Source of the DNA: a virus
Length of the DNA: 64,000 nucleotides
Strand: one strand, 5' to 3'
IMG/VR virus record: IMGVR_UViG_3300045988_072028
Span: 1-64,000 of that record
The stretch's first letter is position 1. Every line of letters starts with the position of its first letter. The notes under the pieces were generated by a model. The model worked only from the letters and a program-made list of their open reading frames with translations, searched no databases and was not told the origin of the DNA. Below are positions 36,960 through 45,993 of the stretch, piece by piece. A program made the position numbers and the translations under genes.

Positions 36960-37054
36960 TATTTTTGTGCCGGATGTCCATCACCATCCAAATCCTGCTA
37001 ATTTATTATACGAGAGGCGGTGTATGTGATGGTACGCCAGCCTCTCTTATTTTT
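36960..37054 (+). promoter_or_regulatory. twin-hairpin leader element, copy 2
   Basis: Box TATTTTTG 36960-36967. HP1 ggatg/catcc 36972-36976/36985-36989 with loop TCCATCAC. HP2 37012-37024/37033-37046 with loop TGTGATGG. T-rich 37047-37054. ATG 37058. Confidence 0.7.
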
Positions 37055-37057
37055 ATC

Positions 37058-37339
37058 ATGGAGAAGAAATTAAATGTTTTCGATGTTAAGATTCCTGATG
37101 GCGGACAAATCAGTTGTCTACAGATTGATAAGGTTACTTATTTTGATCTTGAGTCTATATGTAAGTTATGTTTTGATACATACGATCTACATGACGTGGC
37201 TGACACTAAGGTGATGAGCGAGTTCCTTCACCGTGAGGGCGGTCGTTTCTGGACTACCTTGGATGGCGTAAGGCAATTATATAGGAGGGTCGAGTGCAAG
37301 ATGTGTTTCGAGGTAATTGAAAAGCTAAGGGAGTTATGA
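37058..37339 (+). CDS. hypothetical protein (93 aa)
   Basis: ATG 37058 is preferred. The longer ORF from 36965 would run through the leader hairpins. ATGA-type overlap with the next gene. Confidence 0.65.
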   Translation: MEKKLNVFDVKIPDGGQISCLQIDKVTYFDLESICKLCFDTYDLHDVADTKVMSEFLHREGGRFWTTLDGVRQLYRRVECKMCFEVIEKLREL

Positions 37340-37704
37340 TGAAATTATTGCTGGTGGATGTTTATGAGTTCAAGACAGACCCATATGGTTTGGATAGATT
37401 CGGGAGTAAGATAAAGAATTATGGTCTTAAGCTTATCCGTAAGAACATACCGTTCGGTGTTGAGTATTACATATTAAGAGGGGAGAACAAGATTCAGATA
37501 TATGATAAGGATATCTTGGTAGTATTTCCAAGTTCTCATGTAAGACCTTCTTTTTGTAAGGTGGATTTCCATTATTTTGAGGTTTACAGACCTTCTATGT
37601 TTGAGGCTCTTCACAAAATAGCTATTGATTATGCCTTGGATTTGAGAAATGAGTTTAATGATATCGTTAACAAAAAAGATGATTATGAAGGAAAAGGAAA
37701 ATAA
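37336..37704 (+). CDS. hypothetical protein (122 aa)
   Basis: Translationally coupled ORF. Confidence 0.65.
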   Translation: MMKLLLVDVYEFKTDPYGLDRFGSKIKNYGLKLIRKNIPFGVEYYILRGENKIQIYDKDILVVFPSSHVRPSFCKVDFHYFEVYRPSMFEALHKIAIDYALDLRNEFNDIVNKKDDYEGKGK

Positions 37705-38110
37705 GAAAGAGGTATTGGTGTATGAGTACGATCCCAAGATATACCCGAGGAAATTGTTCGTGATGAAAGGATGTGAGATCAAGGATATCAAGGAAAGATT
37801 CTCCACGAGGGATGACGAGGAGATCGAGACAGAGATCGAGAAGGGATCTGAGCCAGCGTTAAGGGTCTTCCCTATGGTAAAGATAAAGGATACCGGCGCT
37901 TATGGTGAGCTGGTTGTGGTCTTCGTGGAGCCTGAGTACGTGAGCTGCGGGATGATCTCCCATGAGGCCTTCCATGTGGCCATGGACATCCTTAGCGAAC
38001 TAGGGGTCATGTTTCATGCCGACAATCAGGAACCCATAGCTTATATGGTCGAATGGGCGGCGGAATGCATCCATGACGTGATAACCGGGGAAGCGGATAA
38101 GGAGGATTGA
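37649..38110 (+). CDS. small putative zinc metallopeptidase (HExxH); start uncertain (internal Met codons at 37679/37685)
   Basis: Motif GMISHEAFHVAMDIL in a protein of about 140-153 aa. Confidence 0.6.
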   Translation: MSLMISLTKKMIMKEKENKKEVLVYEYDPKIYPRKLFVMKGCEIKDIKERFSTRDDEEIETEIEKGSEPALRVFPMVKIKDTGAYGELVVVFVEPEYVSCGMISHEAFHVAMDILSELGVMFHADNQEPIAYMVEWAAECIHDVITGEADKED

Positions 38111-38111
38111 T

Positions 38112-38387
38112 ATGGTACATACTTACAAATCCAAGGGGCTTACGAAAAGAGCCGTGAAGATCAATCTTGGTTATGATCCGGGAAATACGGGAAGGGTGTT
38201 TGGTTGCGAGACCAAGATGCTTTACGGCGGAGATCCGCCTCATTTGTTGGGCTTGATGATCACTGATTCTACTTGTACGTTCGTGGCTAAGGATGGGGAT
38301 TATGTGGTGGAGGTAGATAGGGATGGTCCCGTGTTATGGGCGGTAAGAAAGGACGTTTTTGAGCGTCTGTTTAAGATCATTGGTTAG
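38112..38387 (+). CDS. hypothetical protein (91 aa)
   Basis: ORF starting 1 nt after the previous stop. A terminator follows. Confidence 0.65.
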   Translation: MVHTYKSKGLTKRAVKINLGYDPGNTGRVFGCETKMLYGGDPPHLLGLMITDSTCTFVAKDGDYVVEVDRDGPVLWAVRKDVFERLFKIIG

Positions 38388-38392
38388 GTTGG

Positions 38393-38424
38393 GCCTGTCT
38401 GGTTGTTAGCTAGACAGGCTTTTT
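38393..38424 (+). terminator. intrinsic terminator
   Basis: 8-bp stem gcctgtct/agacaggc (38393-38400/38412-38419) followed by T5. Confidence 0.75.
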
Positions 38425-38427
38425 GTT

Positions 38428-38435
38428 TATCTTTG
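38428..38435 (+). promoter_or_regulatory. -7 box TATCTTTG with conserved leader TCAAAAACATTTAGTT
   Basis: 16 nt upstream of ATG 38452. Confidence 0.6.
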
Positions 38436-38451
38436 TCAAAAACATTTAGTT

Positions 38452-41400
38452 ATGTCAAGTTGTGTCATTAAAAGAAATAAGGAGGGTAAGATAACCCGTG
38501 TCTTGACCCCTTCCGGAGAGGTATCCACCTTGTTCGATAAGATAGCGGGTATAGCCGCCGTAAGTGACCTTAATAAGGCCGCTGAGGCTTATATGACTAT
38601 TTATAACGATAAGTTCAGATCCAAGTTCGGAGACTGGACGAGATCCGTGCCAAGGAATAAGGAGGCGGCCAGATCCATAAGCGCCAGACTTAGCTCCAGC
38701 GAGTGGGGGCAACTTATGTCAGCCAAGGTCCTGTCCGCCATAAGCGATATGGATGCCCCGGCGTTGGCCAGAAGTCTCGGGAATAGCGACAATGTCGTGG
38801 CTTATCTTACCTCCGGAGAGGTAGGTGATGTCAATGATATGGCTGTGGTAGATACATCTACGGTACAGGAGGTGGATCTGGATTCCATAAACGAGGATAA
38901 TATTGGCGATACGATACTGAAAGAGGCGTCATGGGATGATATAAGGGCTATCAGGGAGAATATAGACATTAAGGAGACAGCCCGTATGTTATGGAAGGCC
39001 GTGGAAAGCGCTTTTACCGGGCAACGACCTAATATTAGGGTGAAAGGCGGAAGTATAGACGGGGAGATCATATTTTCTGGCAATGTCTTGCCGTTAAATA
39101 ATATTGAGAATTATACTCCTCCATCTTCAAGATTGGTATATGATTCCGGTGAGCCTCGCCTGTTCTTTAGATCGGATGACGGCAAGATACACGAATCTTA
39201 CGCCAACGCCATAAAAGGATCGTCCGGTGGGCGGGTCGAGGCCGGGTTCTTGGCCGGCAGTGTCGAGGAGAGCGACGTCCCGTCCGGTACGGCTGATATC
39301 TCCTTTGGCTCTTCCTCCATAACCCTTAATAACAGTGGGTCATTCATCCCGATCCTTGGTATTAGCTCAAACTCAGATGTAAGCACTCGTGGAGGGTTTG
39401 TTAATTACCTTATCAAGAAAGGTCTGTTGAGCGGGGAGCGTATAAGGCTAGGGGATAGGTATTATCTTACCGGTGCCGGCAATTCTGATGGTCTTAAGAT
39501 CTATAACGCTATGGATGCCTTGTCTAGGCTAAGGAATAGGTTTGGAAGTCAGTCCTCCGAAATGAACGTATTGGGTTCTATAGGTTTTGATACGGAGGTA
39601 AGTAATGATCTTGATCTTATCACGACATCAGGGGATAAGGTTACGGTAAGCAGATCGGAGATCAAGGGCATGTTAAGGCAAGGTAAGTTTGAGGAGCTTA
39701 ATAATAAGTATGATGGGTTCATGGAGCTAGCCTTGTCGTTGATGATGGAGGATAACGCCTTGTACGGAAGTAATGTCCGTGGGGTTATCGAGAATGAGAA
39801 GGCGGAGGATCTCCAGAATAGGACTGATATCACCAATATCTTATCCACGTTAGGTATCCGTGTGATGGGTATGTCTGAGTATATGGATAAGTATAAGATG
39901 CGTAATGGTGTCGAGCCTTCGGCTAGGGCATTGTCCGATATGGCCAATGGGGTTATCGCTTTGGCCGAGGGAGCTACGGTAGAGGATCTTAATGAGGAGG
40001 TGGCTCATTTCTTGATCGATACTTACCGTAACCAACAGGAGATTGACGAGGTTCTGGACTCTGTTGTCGGCACGCCATTATGGAATCAATTCGCCGGTCG
40101 TTACTATGAGGTGTATGGGAAGGAATACCAAGGGGAGGAACTGGATCGGATGGTGAAGCGGGAAATCCTAGGCAAGACGTTGGCCCAGCGGTTCGTCCCG
40201 GGTATGGAGCAGGCGGTGGAGGATCTGGCCTCGTCCGAGGATGCCCAGCTCTCCTTGTTTGGCAGGATAATCCGGGCTATACGGAATTTCTTCTCTACTC
40301 AAAGATCAGACTTGAATAAGGTTCTTGATAGGATAAAGGAGTCGGCGTTAGCTGATGATCCAAGCGCCTTTGACGTGCTTCTGTTAAAGGATAGCGACCA
40401 TCTCATGTACTCATTATCGGATGTTGATGTGGCTAATAAGCTGATCAAGAACGGTAGGTCATTGGAAAGACTATATACCAGATTGCAGAGGATGAGGTCA
40501 AGCCAAAGCCAGAGGATCGGGGAAAGCATCTCCCTTCTACGTGATATAGGCGAGAAGGTAAGACAAGTCGGGGGTGAGCTAAATAAGAATAACAACCTAT
40601 TATCCACCAAGAGCGTTATAGCTACAGCCAAGGCTGAGGTGGAGTATTTGGTCACTGTCGCCAGCAGCTTACGTAAGAGCGGGAAAGGATTGGATTATGA
40701 GACGATGCAGGTTATCGATAACGTATATGGGGAGATCGTGCCACTTGTCAGGAACCTTCGTGGATTCGTCAATAATCAGGCGGCTGATTATTATGGCAGC
40801 AATAAGGTTGGCATGGTAGAGGATATGGATGATATATTACGTATGGCTGAGACATCCATGTCAGATATAAACGCCCTTAAAAGTGATCGTAACGAGGATT
40901 GGCTGGATGGACAGCTTCGGATGTTCAATATCCCGGAAAGGTACTGGAATGGGATAAAGAAGTTGATAGATAACATCCATAAGGATATCAATGTCATGTC
41001 CCGGTTTTTCGGGACGTTAGAACATAGCGGTAACGCTATCCTAGGCATGTTAGGCCAACGTCTAGCCAAGGCTTATAACGACGCTCATGTTGAGGGTGTG
41101 GCTAATATCAATAAGATGACTAAGATGATGAAAGAGCGTGGATGGGGGATAAAGGATAATGAGGATCTTATACAGAAGATAAACGGTAAGAACTCGGATT
41201 ACCTTGACTCGTCCCGTGATTTCGCCAAATACGATTTACTGCTCAGGACCGAGCAGGCTAAGGCTATTATCGATATATATGATCTTAAGAATGTTACGGG
41301 TAAGACCGAGAAACAACTTATCGACCTTCTTCTATCCGATAGAGGCCTTAAGGTGAAGACCCGTGACGACATAGTAGGATATGACGGGGATAAGCCTATT

Positions 41401-44400
41401 ACGAAGGCCGTGTATCATGTATTCAAACCTACCATCCAGAATTTTGATATCTCGGACATGACGTTCGAGGATCAGCAACGGTATCTGGATACGATAAATA
41501 GGTGGTTGGATGAGAACCAAGAGAAACCTATGGTGCAGGCTTATTACGATAAGATCGAGAAAGTTAATAAGAAGGTCGAGGAAAGACTGGGTCGTAGGGT
41601 ATCGCAAGCCACGTCCGATTTCATGACCCGTATCCGTAGAAGCCGGTATGTGGCTATGGATAAGTTTATTAAGAACAAGAAGGTCGATTGGGACGCTTTC
41701 CAATCTGACCCTATAGCTTGGAGATCTTATCTGGATATCCTTCGTGATAGGGCTATAGCCAAGAGCGAGTGGTATTCCGACGGGACACCAAAGGAAGCGG
41801 GGTCCGAGGCGTTGATGATGTCCGAGGAGATCAAGGCATGGGACGAGGCGTGGGCCGAGGAGTTCGGGAATACCAACGAGGGTCGTAAGGCTTCAGCCGA
41901 GTTTAAGGAGATACTGCGTGGGATAGAGCGGTCCGAGGGCGGTAAGGCAGCATTCGAGTTCCTGCTAGCCGGTGGTCATCTTGGCTTCTCCAAGGATATG
42001 TGGGGATCCGAGGAGGGTGATTATTACGAGAATCTGGTTGATAAGATCACGGAGCAATCTGTATCATCATCAAGGATAGAGAAGGTAGAGGAGGCGATGG
42101 CAACAATAAATGAGATTAACGATCAGTTAAGACCTTTGCTTATTCAGTACCGGGACAGTACCAGATATGGCGAGTATGATTTCGATCGTCTTCGTGGATC
42201 ATCGTCATTAAGGAAGATAAACGAGCTATACGACCGTCTGGCCGAGGCCAAGAGTGTTATTAACGCCGCCGCTTCCGCTGAGGATATTGAGATGAATATG
42301 CCCGATACGGTGGAGAGTGGCGTTACAGATTCCTACCGTAATGCGTTAAGGGATGCCGTGACATACGACAAGGGAATGGATGAGATTAAATTCGCCAAGG
42401 AACATATGTCTGCCCGCTCCCGGAGTCAGGTAGATAGGATGGCCGCCAAGCTGTCACAGAAGAATCCATCATGGACATCCATGGAGACAACGTTCCTTAG
42501 AAAAAAATACGGTCCTGATTTCAGTGATAAGCTGGCTAATGATATAGCTATGGGTAAGGCTAATAGTATACTTATTGAGTATGCCAGAACCCGGCTATAT
42601 CCTTATATGAGAAAATACTCTCCCAAAGGGTATTCTGATTTTGTCAGGAAGATAAATAACGGTACGTATAAGGTGTCGGATTTTTTTGATGCCATGGAAA
42701 GCGGTATATCAAAGGAAGAAAGCGTGTCCCGTTTCGGCTTCGATATTAATATGATTGATTTGTCGATCAACAACCAATGGTTAGATGAGGCTGATTTCGA
42801 GAGTTCCTTCCGGAATCCTAATTATAATCCCGATCTAGGTTATGGATATCATACGCCTAGATTTGATAAGTACAAGAATGAGGCTTTCTTCAAAAAATAC
42901 GGTATTACCAAGGAAGGAGAGGAGGCCACGATCAACAAGGATAAGTGGGAGATGAGGAAGGAATTGCTTAACATAAGCCGTAAGGCTATGGAGGATTATG
43001 ATGAGCGTTTCAGGAATATCTACCAGATACCACAGATATCCAAGGGCGGAGTGGAGAGGATGGTGCAGGCCGGGGTTGACCCGAAGGCGGCCATCGGAAA
43101 CGCCGTACGTGACATCGTTGGCGAGAGGGTTGATGATCCCATACATGGTCAAGGACAAGACCTAGGAGGGCTTGATGAGAACGATAACAAATATCGCATG
43201 ATCCCCAAGTACTATCTGAGCAAGCTAGAGAATGCCGATGACGTATCCCATGACTTCGCGTACTCCTATTCTATGCTATCCCTTCAGGCGGCATCTTATA
43301 AGTATAAGAGAGCTGCTTTGGATGATGTTATGGGATATAGGAATATGATGCTTGAGACACAATATGATGGGGGAAAGAATCCAGAAGCCACTCATGCCTA
43401 CAGGATGTTTCAGGACTGGGTTAACGCCAGTATCTATGACGTTAGGATAAACAATAAGCGGACTGAATGGAATATAGGCAATTATAAGGTCGATCTTAAT
43501 AAGCTGGCCCTTATGTTTACCAAATTTGTGTCCAAATCCAACTTAGGCTTCTCCCCGTTCGTGGCGGCTACCGGTGCCCTTACCGGGCAGGCCAACTTCC
43601 TTTTGGAAGGTATGGTAGGACAGTACATAAGCAAGGACTCCATGAAATACGCTTATGGAGAAGCTCAGAAACAGTTAAGTACGTACGTGTCTGAGATCGG
43701 GGACATAAATCGTACCAATAAGTTATATGTTGTCGGTGAGGCCCTAGGCGTATTCAACGTTCGTAACCGTGTAAGATCGGCGGCATATAACAAGATCTGG
43801 AGAACCTTATTCCGGGACCTGCCGTTTAAGATGATGGAGGTTTTGAACTCTCCTTTGGATCCGCAGGTTATTATCTCGGTGATGGATGACACCCGCTTGT
43901 ATGAGGGTCAGTTCTGGTCATATTCTAATTTCAAGGAGATGATGATGAAGGACAGGAATATGTCCGCTAATGAGGCTAAACGTGATTGGGAGCGTTTAAG
44001 GGATTATTCCATATGGAACTTAGTAAATGTCAAGGACGGGAAGATCGTGGCTAAAAACGAGGCTAATAAGGATATTATAGACCGATACATACCTACATTG
44101 TCCAGCAGGGTCAGGAGTATGGTGCAGATATGCGACGGCGCCCTGAACGAGCAGAACCGGGTGGGGGCTAGCCGGAACGCGATCCTTAACATGGTGCTTC
44201 CTCATCGTGGATGGTTTATATTGGCTGTGCAGCGGGCGTATAAGAAAGCCGGTTTCAATTTCCAGACCAACCAGTTCGAGGAAGGATATATGAGGACATT
44301 ATGGCGATTGGCGGGGAATGTCTATAATACGATGTCCGAGGGTCGTATGGGGGAGGCGTATGACGTGCTTAAAGAGGAATATGATAAGCTTACACCTTAT

Positions 44401-44898
44401 GAGCAGGTTAATATCAAGAGATCTATTATCAATGTGGCGGTATTCGCCACGATGATGGCTATAGGAAGGGCTTTGATGGGATATAGGGAGGATAATGAGG
44501 ATAGCTGGTTCGGGCAGTTCATTACCTATATCGGGTTCAGGACGATCAATGAGATCGCTTCCCAGACATCCCCGTTCATGGAGCTTAACGCCATAGATAT
44601 GCTGCAAGATCCGCTGGTTACCGCCCGAAAGTTAGGCGATCTCACCGATCCTCGAAACTGGGATCCGTTCGCTACCGTCCAGACCGGCGTGTATAAGGGA
44701 GAGAGCAAGCTATGGAGGCAGCTCATGAAATTCTCGTTCGGTAAGCAATGGTATAATATCAAGACGGCTAGGGATATTAAGCAGACATCCGACTACTGGT
44801 TGATGACCAACGGCATGACGATGGGATTCTTCTTAGGAGGCAGGGATAAGGACGAGTCCGGGGAGGACGCTAATTGGTACTTTGACAGGGGAAGATAA
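38452..44898 (+). CDS. giant virion protein (2148 aa), polyvalent/ejection-type; size is that of a crAss-like virion RNAP but no catalytic motif was seen
   Basis: Single uninterrupted ORF, the last large gene of the + block. Its N-terminal approx 60 aa are homologous to the 26250 product. I found no DxDxD motif by eye. Confidence 0.85.
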   Translation: MSSCVIKRNKEGKITRVLTPSGEVSTLFDKIAGIAAVSDLNKAAEAYMTIYNDKFRSKFGDWTRSVPRNKEAARSISARLSSSEWGQLMSAKVLSAISDMDAPALARSLGNSDNVVAYLTSGEVGDVNDMAVVDTSTVQEVDLDSINEDNIGDTILKEASWDDIRAIRENIDIKETARMLWKAVESAFTGQRPNIRVKGGSIDGEIIFSGNVLPLNNIENYTPPSSRLVYDSGEPRLFFRSDDGKIHESYANAIKGSSGGRVEAGFLAGSVEESDVPSGTADISFGSSSITLNNSGSFIPILGISSNSDVSTRGGFVNYLIKKGLLSGERIRLGDRYYLTGAGNSDGLKIYNAMDALSRLRNRFGSQSSEMNVLGSIGFDTEVSNDLDLITTSGDKVTVSRSEIKGMLRQGKFEELNNKYDGFMELALSLMMEDNALYGSNVRGVIENEKAEDLQNRTDITNILSTLGIRVMGMSEYMDKYKMRNGVEPSARALSDMANGVIALAEGATVEDLNEEVAHFLIDTYRNQQEIDEVLDSVVGTPLWNQFAGRYYEVYGKEYQGEELDRMVKREILGKTLAQRFVPGMEQAVEDLASSEDAQLSLFGRIIRAIRNFFSTQRSDLNKVLDRIKESALADDPSAFDVLLLKDSDHLMYSLSDVDVANKLIKNGRSLERLYTRLQRMRSSQSQRIGESISLLRDIGEKVRQVGGELNKNNNLLSTKSVIATAKAEVEYLVTVASSLRKSGKGLDYETMQVIDNVYGEIVPLVRNLRGFVNNQAADYYGSNKVGMVEDMDDILRMAETSMSDINALKSDRNEDWLDGQLRMFNIPERYWNGIKKLIDNIHKDINVMSRFFGTLEHSGNAILGMLGQRLAKAYNDAHVEGVANINKMTKMMKERGWGIKDNEDLIQKINGKNSDYLDSSRDFAKYDLLLRTEQAKAIIDIYDLKNVTGKTEKQLIDLLLSDRGLKVKTRDDIVGYDGDKPITKAVYHVFKPTIQNFDISDMTFEDQQRYLDTINRWLDENQEKPMVQAYYDKIEKVNKKVEERLGRRVSQATSDFMTRIRRSRYVAMDKFIKNKKVDWDAFQSDPIAWRSYLDILRDRAIAKSEWYSDGTPKEAGSEALMMSEEIKAWDEAWAEEFGNTNEGRKASAEFKEILRGIERSEGGKAAFEFLLAGGHLGFSKDMWGSEEGDYYENLVDKITEQSVSSSRIEKVEEAMATINEINDQLRPLLIQYRDSTRYGEYDFDRLRGSSSLRKINELYDRLAEAKSVINAAASAEDIEMNMPDTVESGVTDSYRNALRDAVTYDKGMDEIKFAKEHMSARSRSQVDRMAAKLSQKNPSWTSMETTFLRKKYGPDFSDKLANDIAMGKANSILIEYARTRLYPYMRKYSPKGYSDFVRKINNGTYKVSDFFDAMESGISKEESVSRFGFDINMIDLSINNQWLDEADFESSFRNPNYNPDLGYGYHTPRFDKYKNEAFFKKYGITKEGEEATINKDKWEMRKELLNISRKAMEDYDERFRNIYQIPQISKGGVERMVQAGVDPKAAIGNAVRDIVGERVDDPIHGQGQDLGGLDENDNKYRMIPKYYLSKLENADDVSHDFAYSYSMLSLQAASYKYKRAALDDVMGYRNMMLETQYDGGKNPEATHAYRMFQDWVNASIYDVRINNKRTEWNIGNYKVDLNKLALMFTKFVSKSNLGFSPFVAATGALTGQANFLLEGMVGQYISKDSMKYAYGEAQKQLSTYVSEIGDINRTNKLYVVGEALGVFNVRNRVRSAAYNKIWRTLFRDLPFKMMEVLNSPLDPQVIISVMDDTRLYEGQFWSYSNFKEMMMKDRNMSANEAKRDWERLRDYSIWNLVNVKDGKIVAKNEANKDIIDRYIPTLSSRVRSMVQICDGALNEQNRVGASRNAILNMVLPHRGWFILAVQRAYKKAGFNFQTNQFEEGYMRTLWRLAGNVYNTMSEGRMGEAYDVLKEEYDKLTPYEQVNIKRSIINVAVFATMMAIGRALMGYREDNEDSWFGQFITYIGFRTINEIASQTSPFMELNAIDMLQDPLVTARKLGDLTDPRNWDPFATVQTGVYKGESKLWRQLMKFSFGKQWYNIKTARDIKQTSDYWLMTNGMTMGFFLGGRDKDESGEDANWYFDRGR

Positions 44899-44955
44899 CC
44901 GATATAGTATGACAAAAAAAATAGCCAGTCAATTGTTTAAGACAATTTGATTGGC

Positions 44956-45081
44956 TATATTTGCATTATGAAACAATGAATGACGGGATCTCACTTCAAG
45001 GTCATTCAATGTGTAAGATATTTTTGGCTCATTAGGATTTGTCGAGGTGAGATCCGACATTTCCTTTTGAGCCTATTTTTT
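44956..45081 (+). promoter_or_regulatory. TATATTTG box plus about 120-nt structured leader upstream of the antirepressor-like gene
   Basis: Hairpin gaatgac/gtcattc (44978-44984/45001-45007). Its loop ggatctcac (44986-44994) is complementary to gtgagatcc (45047-45055). Outer stem ggctca/tgagcc (45026-45031/45068-45073) followed by a T run. Confidence 0.5.
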
Positions 45082-45086
45082 ATATT

Positions 45087-45944
45087 ATGTGTAATATTGT
45101 TTTAAATGACAATTTGTCTATTAGATTGTATTTTGAGAAGGTTCTTGAGTTAGTTAAATCCGGAGAAGATTTTCCAGTTAATTTAGATGATGTTTGGCCT
45201 TTGATATATTCTGATAAAGGTAAGGCTGTTAGGGTTCTTACTGGTGATAATGGTTTTATCAAAGATATTGACTATAAGGTTTTTACCCAAAATGGCAAAA
45301 ACCCGGTTGGAGGAAGACCTGCGATTGTGTATATGATTTCTGTGTCTTGTATGGAATATTTAATAGCAAGAAAAGAAAGAAGAGTATTTGATGTATATAG
45401 GAGTGTGTTTCATGGTGCGGCAAATGCTTTTAATAAGATGGAAGAATCCGTGGAGAAGAATCTTCCGCATAATTATATAGAAGCGTTAGAGGCGTTGTTG
45501 GCATCCGAGAAAGAGAAGCAGGCGTTAGCTGAGGCCAAGAAAGCGGTAGAGGATGCTAAGAGAATATCCGATAGCATTATCAAAGAACAAGCCCCTAAGG
45601 TGGGATTCGCTGAAACGGCTATCATGGCCAATGACAAAGGTGATGATATGCTGATCCGTGATGTCAGGAGGGAATTGGAGTCTCATGGATGTGATATAGC
45701 GGAAAGATCGTTAAGAGAGTTTTTACAAGAACAAGGTTTCTTTTACAAGAATAAGAGAGAATGGATATTGACGGAGCATGTGATTAAGAAAGGTTACGCC
45801 CATTACAGGTACAACACGGATACCGGAGTCAGGAATACGGTTTATATGACTAGGAAGGGGTTTGAGAAAACGTTATATAATATCAGGAATATACCTAAAT
45901 CAAGAGAACTCTTTATTTCTTTCGGAGGCAAGATATTTGATTAA
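45087..45944 (+). CDS. antirepressor-like protein (AntA/KilAC-type, tentative)
   Basis: The N-terminus FPVNLDDVWPLIYSDKGKAVRVL and the C-terminal APKVGFAETAIMAND..MLIRDVRRELESHG..SLREFLQEQGF resemble Ant/KilAC domains. Confidence 0.65.
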   Translation: MCNIVLNDNLSIRLYFEKVLELVKSGEDFPVNLDDVWPLIYSDKGKAVRVLTGDNGFIKDIDYKVFTQNGKNPVGGRPAIVYMISVSCMEYLIARKERRVFDVYRSVFHGAANAFNKMEESVEKNLPHNYIEALEALLASEKEKQALAEAKKAVEDAKRISDSIIKEQAPKVGFAETAIMANDKGDDMLIRDVRRELESHGCDIAERSLREFLQEQGFFYKNKREWILTEHVIKKGYAHYRYNTDTGVRNTVYMTRKGFEKTLYNIRNIPKSRELFISFGGKIFD

Positions 45945-45949
45945 AGTAA

Positions 45950-45983
45950 GAGAAGGATAGGCGATTATCATCCTATCCTTCTC
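45950..45983. terminator. bidirectional terminator at the convergent module boundary
   Basis: Perfect 12-bp stem gagaaggatagg/cctatccttctc with a 10-nt loop. Sits between the + gene ending at 45944 and the - gene ending at 45994. Confidence 0.8.
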
Positions 45984-45993
45984 GTTTTTGTTA

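Noticed and set aside
9213-37054. The dispersed hairpins as a CRISPR-like or other regular repeat array.
   Set aside because: The copies are kilobases apart, have different stems, and lack regular spacing or repeat-spacer organisation.
38452-44898. Calling the 2148-aa ORF the virion RNA polymerase outright.
   Set aside because: Its size and position fit a crAss-like virion RNAP, but I could not find a DxDxD catalytic motif or recognisable DPBB signatures by eye. It is left as a giant virion protein pending profile or structure searches.
44986-45055. A 70-nt segment with a perfect 7-9 bp terminal pairing (ggatctc.../...gagatcc) that is tRNA-sized.
   Set aside because: There is no D-arm or anticodon-arm pairing and no T-loop (GTTCRANYC-like). 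The internal hairpin geometry is incompatible with a cloverleaf. Treated as a structured leader instead.
45087-45944. Inferring a temperate lifestyle from the antirepressor-like and KilA-N-like genes.
   Set aside because: No integrase, repressor, excisionase or attachment-site features are visible in the window. Such domains are common in virulent phages.
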